This document shows positions 56,975 through 64,000 of a stretch of DNA of 64,000 nt, in pieces (the first letter of the stretch is position 1; each line of letters begins with the position of its first letter). The position numbers and the translations under genes were made by a program. The stretch comes from Calditrichota bacterium (lineage in GTDB: Bacteria > Electryoneota > AABM5-125-24 > Hatepunaeales > Hatepunaeaceae): contig JABGPL010000003.1 of the NCBI GenBank assembly GCA_018644935.1, positions 19,639 to 83,638 of the forward strand, read 5' to 3'. The notes beneath the pieces were generated by a model. It searched no databases. It had not been told where the DNA came from and was given only the letters and a program-made list of their open reading frames with translations.

Positions 56975-57424
56975 TTAGTTATTCTTTTCTTCTTTTAGAA
57001 GTTTTTTCTGCTTTTTCTTGAGAAGTTCAATTATGTTGACAACTGGTAGAAAATATGGTCCTTGTGGAAATAATCCTGTTGCTTGAGCAATGATTCCCCT
57101 GGCAGACCCATACAAGTTAGCTAAACAAAGTGAAGGAACATAACTCCTAAGTTCTTCTTCTTCCAAAGTATCCGGGAATGAAATTTCAGCAGAAACTTTA
57201 ATACTGATAAAATCAATCATTATTTCTTTATTTCGAGGAGGTTTATAAGTAATATTTAGGGTTATAACAAATTCGTTATGATTGTCATGTTTAGCAACAA
57301 AAAAGTCTATATCAATATCTTCAGGATATTCTTTTTCTTTATCCTGATTAAAAGGTTTTTCAAGTGGTATTACCTTAATCTCCCAAACCCAAATTCTTTT
57401 TAGAGTCATATCAAGATTCAACAA
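56975..57424 (-). CDS. SecB-like chaperone (third gene of a TAC module)
   Basis: 149-aa ORF. The order LKRIWVWEIKV.., DIDIDFFVAKHDNHNEFVITLNITYKP.., ISIKVSAEISF...YVPSLCLANLYGSARGIIAQATGLFPQGPYFLPVVNIIELL parallels E. coli SecB (FQIQRIYTKDISFE / YEVVLRVTVTA / [36 protein letters not shown]). TTG 57424 overlaps hicB by 7 nt. ATG 57409 is an alternative start. Confidence 0.6.
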   Translation of the reverse strand: MLNLDMTLKRIWVWEIKVIPLEKPFNQDKEKEYPEDIDIDFFVAKHDNHNEFVITLNITYKPPRNKEIMIDFISIKVSAEISFPDTLEEEELRSYVPSLCLANLYGSARGIIAQATGLFPQGPYFLPVVNIIELLKKKQKKLLKEEKNN

Positions 57425-57951
57425 CTTAAGTTACCTCTGTTGGATTTTGGTATTATTGACCATTTATCATCACTTCTTTTCTGTGAATTATATAACATCA
57501 CTGGCGAATCTTGATTCGCCAGTGATTGGGGTAGCATCAAGTAATTCGAGCTTGTAACTTCTAAAATTCGATGCAGAAGTTCATCTTCGGTTGAACGTCG
57601 GGTTAGCAATTCATTGCAATAAGAATTAAGACTGACGCCTTCCTCCTTAGCTTGTTTTGCCAATTGAGCATGTAGCCCAGATGAAGTTCTTAGAACAAAT
57701 TGACCGCTATATTTCTTTACATCCTCATCTTCATCACTTGGCATCGGGATAGGCATGTTTTTTTCAAACAGATATTCAAATGTTGCTTTTCGTGCTTCAT
57801 TAAGTTCATCAATCGCTTCTTCAAGCGTTTCACCAAATCCAAACACAGAACCACTGCCTAAATCAGGATGCCAAACCCAAAACCCTCCTTCTTTCTCAAT
57901 GAAGGTTGTTGGGTATTTTAAATCCAGATAGTATTGAATTTCGTGTTTCAT
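57418..57951 (-). CDS. hicB: HicB-family antitoxin with RHH-like DNA-binding segment and extended C-terminal tail
   Basis: N-terminal HicB fold pattern YPTTFIEKEGGFWVWHPDLGSGSVFGFGETLEEAIDELNEA. The RHH-type segment is SGQFVLRTSSGLHAQLAKQAKEEGVSLNSYCNELL. About 55 extra residues follow it. Confidence 0.75.
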   Translation of the reverse strand: MKHEIQYYLDLKYPTTFIEKEGGFWVWHPDLGSGSVFGFGETLEEAIDELNEARKATFEYLFEKNMPIPMPSDEDEDVKKYSGQFVLRTSSGLHAQLAKQAKEEGVSLNSYCNELLTRRSTEDELLHRILEVTSSNYLMLPQSLANQDSPVMLYNSQKRSDDKWSIIPKSNRGNLSC

Positions 57952-57961
57952 AGTACTCCCT

Positions 57962-58270
57962 CTAAATGAGTTTGTTGAACTCTAAATATGTAATCGCGTT
58001 GCAAATCTTGTTCAAATAGATGCCCTTAACCATCCTTTTGTCTTTTCCTCCTGTAGAAACGGGAATGGTAATTCTGCCATCTCGAAACTGTAGATTTGTG
58101 TGTAAATCCGGGTGCAGAGCTATCCAATGTGATCCTCTCGGGCTTGGTTCAACCGTAAATCCAATTGATTCAAGCATTTTCTTAATATCTTTGAATTCAA
58201 CTGTAGGTGGTGTTTTACCTTTCGAGCAAAGTTTATCACGTAGTTTTACAAAACATTTTGGACGGCTCAT
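57962..58270 (-). CDS. hicA: HicA-like mRNA interferase toxin
   Basis: 102-aa ORF. FKDIKKMLESIGFTVEPSPRGSHWIALHPD...ITIPVS...VKGIYLNKI fits the HicA dsRBD-like pattern, with a conserved GSH histidine. AAGGGAG lies 4 nt upstream of the ATG. Confidence 0.7.
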   Translation of the reverse strand: MSRPKCFVKLRDKLCSKGKTPPTVEFKDIKKMLESIGFTVEPSPRGSHWIALHPDLHTNLQFRDGRITIPVSTGGKDKRMVKGIYLNKICNAITYLEFNKLI

Positions 58271-58290
58271 ATTCTCCCTTATTTTGATTA

Positions 58291-58329
58291 CATAGTACTA
58301 AATATAGTACTATGATCAGAATATTGCAA
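58291..58329 (-). promoter_or_regulatory. candidate hicA promoter (TTGCAA-17-TATATT) overlapping a perfect 10-bp palindromic operator
   Basis: CATAGTACTA-AATA-TAGTACTATG lies at 58291-58314. On the minus strand, TTGCAA (58329-58324), a 17-nt spacer and TATATT (58306-58301) place the -10 box inside the palindrome, 20-45 nt upstream of the hicA ATG. Confidence 0.5.
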
Positions 58330-58398
58330 CTTCAGATGGGTTTATATTCAAGAACTGATATTTATGACACAAATTAGATGTGACCTTTCTCACATTAG

Positions 58399-58471
58399 AG
58401 CCACCGACTGGAATCGAACCAGCGACCTGATCATTACGAATGACCTGCTCTACCGACTGAGCTACGGTGGC
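58399..58471 (-). tRNA. tRNA-Thr (anticodon CGU)
   Basis: The reverse complement folds as a cloverleaf: acceptor GCCACCG/CGGTGGC, D stem GCTC/GAGC, anticodon stem GGTCA/TGATC with loop TTCGTAA (anticodon CGT), T stem GCTGG/CCAGT with loop TTCGATT. 73 nt, with no encoded CCA. Confidence 0.9.
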
Positions 58472-58585
58472 TTGATAGAAAATACTCTCAAAAAAGAGTA
58501 ATCCTAAATATATCCGTCAGGGAAATGGAATGTCAATGAAATTGTAGATTGATTTGGGCTGATCCCAATTTCAGTTGCGACAATT

Positions 58586-59059
58586 CTATTCATTACCGTG
58601 GAGTTTGGATTGTACATGCAGCGTGTCGACAGCTCGATCCAGACCTTCGATCTTAAAGCGAGCTGTTATCAGAGCAATTCCCTCTTTTCTGGCTACGAAT
58701 GTAACTTGTTCCCTAAAACCAGCTGGATCAGCTGGATTTGTAAATGCTCCCAGATTTGGAGAAATGCTTCCAACAGAATCGGGTTGAACATAAAAGATGA
58801 CCTTCTCACCTGAAAGTTTGTTTCCATCCCGATCTGTGAGCTCACCAGCAAACTGAACGCTCTCTCCAACAAACATTTCTGGAGCAACGTTATTGTGGAG
58901 ACTAATGTTCAGAGTATATGCTGGTCGTGTAACCGGTGGATCTGTGACCCCATCATCACAAGCATCGCAGCCAATTATTAGCATGATCCCACAAATCGTA
59001 GTAAAAAAAATCTGAGCTAATCGTTGAGTTTTTTTAATCCTCATGATGCTTCTCCTCAA
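58586..59059 (-). CDS. lipoprotein with Ig-like domain
   Basis: Signal peptide plus lipobox MLIIGC. The remainder (VGESVQFAGELTDRDGNKLSGEKVIFYV...VTFVARKEGIALITARF) looks like a bacterial Ig-like (Big) domain. Confidence 0.55.
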   Translation of the reverse strand: MRRSIMRIKKTQRLAQIFFTTICGIMLIIGCDACDDGVTDPPVTRPAYTLNISLHNNVAPEMFVGESVQFAGELTDRDGNKLSGEKVIFYVQPDSVGSISPNLGAFTNPADPAGFREQVTFVARKEGIALITARFKIEGLDRAVDTLHVQSKLHGNE

Positions 59060-59142
59060 TCGTGTAGGTTTTTTTTAATCTGTAAAATTGACTTGATGTC
59101 AAATCCAGCAGAAGAGGTGAATAATTATTCGCCCTCATAAAT

Positions 59143-60201
59143 CTATCTCCTTACCAGCCGTGGGTCCATTGCATCACGCAAACCTTCACCAACCAGATTT
59201 AGGACTGTAACGGTTAAAAAGATAGCAAGACCCGGGAAAGTGGTGATCCACCAACCCGCAGGTAACAATTCCCTTGCTTTTGCGAGAATTGAACCCCAGG
59301 ATGCAACGTTTGGCGGCACTCCGAAACCGAGGAAAGAGAGACTCGATTCGGTTAGAATGGCTACAGCGACTCCAAATGTTGCTGAGACGAATACAGGTGC
59401 CATCGCATTTGGCAGCACATGCCGAAATATGATTCGGGGTGTCCGAAAACCGAGTGCTTGAGATGCAGAGACATAATCTATATTCCTGATCCGGAGGAAC
59501 TCTCCGCGGACAAGTCGCGCTACACGAGCCCATCCGGTCAAGCCAATTACAATCATGATATTGTAAATGCTTTGTGGCAGATAAGCGACGATAGCGATAA
59601 TCAGGAAAAAGACCGGGAAACACATCATTAATTCGATCATTCTCGAAATGCCAATATCAATCCATCCTCCGAAATATCCTGCCAGAGCACCGAAAAATAT
59701 CCCGATAGTCATATAGATAGAAACCGCAACCAATCCAATCGAAAGGGAAATGCGAGTTCCGTATATCATCCGACTCAAGACGTCTCGCCCGGTATCATCA
59801 GTTCCAAGCCAATGCTGCCATGTGGGTGGGGTGATAACGTAATCCAGATCATAATCATTCGGTGAAAAGGGAATAATTGGGAAGACTACCCAGTCGATTT
59901 TTCTCTCTGATTCGGGTTTTCTGCCATCCATTTCGACAAGAAGCTTAAACTTCTTATTGCGGAAATCTGCTGGCCAGCGTGACAATCCAAGATCGGTCAA
60001 ATAACCGCGAATAACCGGGCTGTAGACCTTTCCATCATATTTCATCAGCAATGGTCTGTCATTGGCAAGAAAATCTGCGCCAATTGCGATCACCACCAGC
60101 ACAACAACGGTCCACAATCCTGCCATCGCCAGACCATTGCGTCGGAATTGCCGGGCAACAAGAGCGAAATAGGAATTGTTTTTTTGTTTAGTTTCGGACA
60201 T
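59143..60201 (-). CDS. ABC transporter permease (OppC/DppC-type)
   Basis: WLGTDDTGRDVLSRMIYGTRISL, the EAA-loop-like SASQALGFRTPRIIFRHVLPN, and six TM segments. Confidence 0.85.
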   Translation of the reverse strand: MSETKQKNNSYFALVARQFRRNGLAMAGLWTVVVLVVIAIGADFLANDRPLLMKYDGKVYSPVIRGYLTDLGLSRWPADFRNKKFKLLVEMDGRKPESERKIDWVVFPIIPFSPNDYDLDYVITPPTWQHWLGTDDTGRDVLSRMIYGTRISLSIGLVAVSIYMTIGIFFGALAGYFGGWIDIGISRMIELMMCFPVFFLIIAIVAYLPQSIYNIMIVIGLTGWARVARLVRGEFLRIRNIDYVSASQALGFRTPRIIFRHVLPNAMAPVFVSATFGVAVAILTESSLSFLGFGVPPNVASWGSILAKARELLPAGWWITTFPGLAIFLTVTVLNLVGEGLRDAMDPRLVRR

Positions 60202-60540
60202 TATCTATCTGATTTATGGTTTTGACAGTATTTTGTAATTGTGAAATCCTGTTGACAGATCCATTCAGCTTTTTCAAAAATTTCTAATGAGTGATGTCAG
60301 GTGTTATCACCTGACACTTAAGCCGTTGTTTATCCATCAGGTGATGACACCCGACAGACACTCATTGGATATAATCGGGCAGACAACATGAATCTGTCCG
60401 AAATAGGCACTATACTATAATATACATGAATTTATCGTCGGAACAAACCAAATTGCAGGTGATAGCAAGTGTTGAGAAGCTTGCATTGCCATTAACCGCC
60501 AATTGATAAAGCAATGCAAGGCTTTGCCTATCTTGACATA

Positions 60541-60581
60541 ACAACAAAAAACACACTGGGGCACAGAAGTGTGTGCCCCAG
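60541..60581 (-). terminator. rho-independent terminator of the TonB-dependent receptor gene
   Basis: On the minus strand: CTGGGGCACA-CACTTC-TGTGCCCCAG followed by TGTGTTTTTTGTTGT, about 40 nt after the stop at 60624. Confidence 0.7.
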
Positions 60582-60623
60582 CATGATATATTTGTATAAA
60601 ACATCCTTCAGAAAAGGGGCTTA

Positions 60624-63386
60624 TCAGAACCAGTAAGAAACTCTGGCAATAACTAACCGACCCATTTCAGGTGCACCAATGAATTCGAGGTGTTCTTCGT
60701 TGAGCAGATTTTGAATCGTTACATTTAGTCTGGTCTGATTGATGCTCGGGATTGGTAAATCGTAACCGATGTTTAGGTCAGCGACAGTGTAAGAATCAAC
60801 AGTGCCCATACCAATCACTGACAGTGACTGGAATTCACCGACGTGCCGGATTCGAAGCTTCGCATCCAGACCACACCTGGCATTGTTATATCCCAAACGG
60901 AAAGCAAACTTGCTCTTTGGGGCATTCAGAGAGACATCAGCGATACCGTCAAGTTGTTCAAACATGTTTTTGTCAGTATATGAATATGTTCCACCAATTC
61001 GCCATTCGCTATTGAGGATATAGGTGAACCCAAATTCACCACCGGTCAGGGTTATACTGTCTTCAAAGTTACGGTAGGTCACGACGACGTCCGTTGCATT
61101 CTGTTGTTCCTGAGGGGATATCAAACCTATTGGCAGAGGACCAAACTTTTCCGCAATACCAGTAGCAATTGCTATTGCTTGAGCTTCAGCCTGTTCAGCA
61201 GGAATGCCCATTGCCATAAGCTTTGGTGTCATATCGGCTGCAAGAACACCTACAAGTGATGCTGCGTTAATAAAAACATGGGGAGTTTCAACACTTAGCG
61301 GACCGACATAATCGTCGATTCGAGATTGGTAAATTGCTGCGCTGACTAAGAGTTTGTCTGTGATCAGCCCTTTATACCCAATCTCCATGGTCGAGGTAGT
61401 TGTTTCTTTAATCGGTTTGATATCTGCAACGGCTCTCTGTGGATTAATAAATGGCATATTATCCGGTCCCATAGGCATATCTGAATCATAATCGGTATTC
61501 AAAACTTGCAACACGCCAGGGATTATTTGACCCAGAGCATCCGGCAGTAACTGACCTAACAATGCTTGCTCACCAGGATCAGTAGTACCAGCAATTGCCA
61601 TACCACGAATTGCGGGCCAAACAGAATTCACATCCGGAGGTAGGTATGCATTACCAATACCCATTACGCTACCGTACAGCGAAACCATCTGAGCTCTGCC
61701 ATCAAGGAATTTGAAGCTGAAGCCGTCCTCAGGAACGCCTCGACCCCAGACATCAAACATGGTAGATCCTAAACCTAAAGCTGGATCAAGTGGTTGTGAA
61801 GAGGCAATCAGGTCGAGAAAGAGGTTGTTTGAAGTTGGGGTACTATATGCACGGTTGTATGTCAAACGGAAATTATCATTCTCTGTTGGTTTATAGACTA
61901 TGGCTGCCCGAGGAGATAACACAGGATCTTCGAGACGATTGTGCTGGTCATACCTGCCTGCGGCTACGAAATCGATCTTTTTAGTAATTGCGGTTTCTGA
62001 TTGCAGATAAACACCTATTTCGTCGATGTCATCGTCATCTTCGTTTCCGCCGTTAATTGTCCCTTCTGTCTCTGGACGGGTCATCAGGATATCGACACCA
62101 TATGTAAACTGCTGCCGCATACCGAGTTTAGTTGCATTTTGAACCTGAGCAACGAGCAAACTGGATTTGTCAACGAGGAGGCTGAGAGTGTCAGGGCGCA
62201 GGAGTCTACTGTCTCCAGCATCGCTCATATTGTAAAAGATCTGGGCAAAAAAGTCTTTATACAGTATTCTTCCCTGTACAAAACTGTAATTCCATTTGTC
62301 ACTCTGAGCCCAGCCTAACCCGGTTGCTTCAAGGTTGGTTGCCTGGTTGAAACCGCCATTTGCGATAATCGTCAGATCTTCTGAAACACGGTAATCAACT
62401 CGTGCATCTGCGGAAATTTTTTCAATATCAAAATTCCGCTCATTTGAAATCATTTCGTTGCCAGAACCAATGGAATCGGGTTCAGCAAGATCATAAGATC
62501 TCCAATCATCTGCCTGCTGGTACTGCGCTGAAACCTTGTATGCGACTTTATCATTTATTATTCCAGCATGACGAGCTGTGCCCATAAAGATACTGCGCTC
62601 ACCCCCACCAAGCGAGACCATTGTTCCGGGAGAATCGAAAGGTGATTTGGTGATAATATGAAAAACACCATTCGCGCTGTTAGGTCCATAAAGAGCTGAT
62701 CCTGGTCCGAGAACAACCTCAATTCGATCTATGTCTTCGTTAACCATCGTGTAAAAATTGTGAGCATTTATCCGCAAAGAAGGGACACGGGCAATGCGGT
62801 TGTCGGTCAATGAAAGCAGAGTTCCGGAAAAGATATTATTGAAACCGCGAACGACCACGTTTCTCTGGCTGACGCCATTCTTAACAACATCAACTGCAGG
62901 TAAACCCTCAAGATGTTCAGCTGGAGTCATCGTCGGTTGTGCCTTGACCTCTTCACTGCTTACAACTGAAACAGCCGCAGGGGCTTCAAGTATCTTTTCC
63001 TGTCGTTTGGAAATGGAAACAACCACTTCCTGACCGAGGAGTGCAACTGGCTTGAGGGAGAACTCAACCGTCAGAACAGCATTTTCTTCAATTGTGAGAA
63101 TGGCGTTATTGGTTTTATAACCGATACATGAGGTTTCCACCTCAATGTTACCCTCAGGTATATCTTTTATAACAAAACCGCCGTTTAAGTCTGATGCGGT
63201 TCCCAGTGGTTCTTTCAGAGTCTCAACCACAACGACAACATGAGCTCCGGCAATTCCGTCGCCGGTTTTCTCATCAATAACACGACCATTGAGTGTAGCC
63301 GTCTGCGCTATTAATGTTAGTGGTAACAGCCCGAATAATAATCCGGTAATAAGAGTTAAAAAAAGAATGGAAGGCTTCTTGCCCAT
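60624..63386 (-). CDS. TonB-dependent outer-membrane receptor with N-terminal carboxypeptidase-regulatory-like domain
   Basis: Signal peptide. LNGRVIDEKTGDGIAGAHVVV is CarbopepD_reg-like. The plug region is GVSQRNVVVRGFNN...RIEVVLGPGSALYGPNSANGV. The C-terminus ARVSYWF is a typical terminal beta strand ending in an aromatic residue. Confidence 0.85.
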   Translation of the reverse strand: MGKKPSILFLTLITGLLFGLLPLTLIAQTATLNGRVIDEKTGDGIAGAHVVVVVETLKEPLGTASDLNGGFVIKDIPEGNIEVETSCIGYKTNNAILTIEENAVLTVEFSLKPVALLGQEVVVSISKRQEKILEAPAAVSVVSSEEVKAQPTMTPAEHLEGLPAVDVVKNGVSQRNVVVRGFNNIFSGTLLSLTDNRIARVPSLRINAHNFYTMVNEDIDRIEVVLGPGSALYGPNSANGVFHIITKSPFDSPGTMVSLGGGERSIFMGTARHAGIINDKVAYKVSAQYQQADDWRSYDLAEPDSIGSGNEMISNERNFDIEKISADARVDYRVSEDLTIIANGGFNQATNLEATGLGWAQSDKWNYSFVQGRILYKDFFAQIFYNMSDAGDSRLLRPDTLSLLVDKSSLLVAQVQNATKLGMRQQFTYGVDILMTRPETEGTINGGNEDDDDIDEIGVYLQSETAITKKIDFVAAGRYDQHNRLEDPVLSPRAAIVYKPTENDNFRLTYNRAYSTPTSNNLFLDLIASSQPLDPALGLGSTMFDVWGRGVPEDGFSFKFLDGRAQMVSLYGSVMGIGNAYLPPDVNSVWPAIRGMAIAGTTDPGEQALLGQLLPDALGQIIPGVLQVLNTDYDSDMPMGPDNMPFINPQRAVADIKPIKETTTSTMEIGYKGLITDKLLVSAAIYQSRIDDYVGPLSVETPHVFINAASLVGVLAADMTPKLMAMGIPAEQAEAQAIAIATGIAEKFGPLPIGLISPQEQQNATDVVVTYRNFEDSITLTGGEFGFTYILNSEWRIGGTYSYTDKNMFEQLDGIADVSLNAPKSKFAFRLGYNNARCGLDAKLRIRHVGEFQSLSVIGMGTVDSYTVADLNIGYDLPIPSINQTRLNVTIQNLLNEEHLEFIGAPEMGRLVIARVSYWF

Positions 63387-63589
63387 TTTGTTTCTCCCAG
63401 AGAAGAATTATCTGTAGCACCTGCAAGCAAGTAATGATGGTTCCCGGCTGAGTTGGTAAGTTGGAAAGTACTTGGGCAAAACAACCTTACTTGCGTCAGG
63501 TTATAAATTTCAGGCAAACAAGAATCTGCAGAAGTCCCTGAAGATTCTTGCGGGGTAATATAACTCAATATCTTACTAAATGCAATACC

Positions 63590-63628
63590 AATAAAAAAAA
63601 CAGGGACACGATATCTCGTGTCCCTGTT
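63590..63628 (-). terminator. rho-independent terminator of ackA
   Basis: On the minus strand: ACAGGGACACGA-GATA-TCGTGTCCCTGT followed by TTTTTTTT, about 50 nt after the stop at 63681. Confidence 0.85.
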
Positions 63629-63680
63629 GTAAAGCCTGTTTACATGATCACAATCAATATAAAACAGTTGCTTCCATAGA

Positions 63681-64000
63681 TCAGCCCTGAATTAACTCGA
63701 TGGAATCTCGCGCAATTACCAATTCTTCATTGGTAGGAATAACCATTGTGCGGACACCTCTACCAAAGTCGATGAACCGTTCTGATGTGTCACGATTTTT
63801 GTTTTTTTCCGGGTCGAGTTCTATATTAAGGAGTTTTAGCTCATTCAATGTCCGGGTTCTGACTTCGTATGAATTTTCACCGATTCCACCGGTAAACACG
63901 ATTCCGTCTACACCACCCATTGCAAATGCATAGGCTCCGATATATTTTCTGATTCTGTAGCAGAACATATCAAGTGCCACTTCAGCCCGACTGTTTCCGG
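63681..64000 (-). CDS. ackA: acetate kinase, partial (5' end beyond window end)
   Basis: The C-terminal sequence [32 protein letters not shown]...[13 protein letters not shown] is the acetate/propionate kinase signature. The frame is open to position 64000. Confidence 0.9.
   Translation of the reverse strand, partial: GNSRAEVALDMFCYRIRKYIGAYAFAMGGVDGIVFTGGIGENSYEVRTRTLNELKLLNIELDPEKNKNRDTSERFIDFGRGVRTMVIPTNEELVIARDSIELIQG

Noticed and set aside
58272-58585. Prophage or integrative element at the tRNA-Thr
   Set aside because: There is no integrase, no phage-like genes and no direct repeat of the tRNA 3' end within the window. Only the three-gene TAC module lies there.
63387-63600. Cobalamin (or other) riboswitch in the ~200-nt leader of the TonB-dependent receptor gene, and similarly upstream of the B12-binding gene at 51834-51991
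   Set aside because: I found a 9-bp hairpin (CAAGAATCT...AGATTCTTG) but no B12-box-like GCCACTG core or other riboswitch consensus I can recognise. A covariance-model scan would be needed to revisit this.

Overview
This is a 64 kb chromosomal window, moderately AT-rich by eye. It probably comes from an uncultivated FCB-superphylum-type bacterium, because three large secreted proteins end in type IX secretion (Por) C-terminal sorting domains. The window spans the replication-origin neighbourhood: dnaA (38390-39778), an AT-rich DnaA-box intergenic region (39779-40141), dnaN, a DUF721/DciA-like gene and gyrB. Housekeeping genes are tmk, lgt, htrA-like, ruvA, ruvC, a YebC-family gene, tsaB, cdaA, fabG, mazG, a partial ackA, a partial acyl-CoA ligase and tRNA-Thr(CGU). 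Accessory content: (1) secreted beta-helix and EEP-nuclease-like cargo genes (3970-7914, 13258-15348), each next to a member of an unrecognised ~410-aa paralogous family (2566-3825, 11808-13022); (2) a glycan-degradation group (22127-29997); (3) a NodBC/PNAG-like operon directly upstream of dnaA (32961-38247), encoding radical SAM/SPASM, flippase-like, processive GT2, CE4 deacetylase and PHP proteins; (4) a compact hicA-hicB-secB-like toxin-antitoxin-chaperone (TAC) module with a palindromic operator (56975-58329), lying between tRNA-Thr and mazG; (5) a bacterial LIM-zinc-finger/DA1-like peptidase (53713-54792); (6) several families of REP-like palindromic repeats plus a 5'-truncated RAYT/IS200-like transposase remnant (55617-55919). 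I saw no rRNA, CRISPR array, intact IS element, integrase or prophage. All functional calls rest on motif recognition by eye from the supplied translations. No database search was run.
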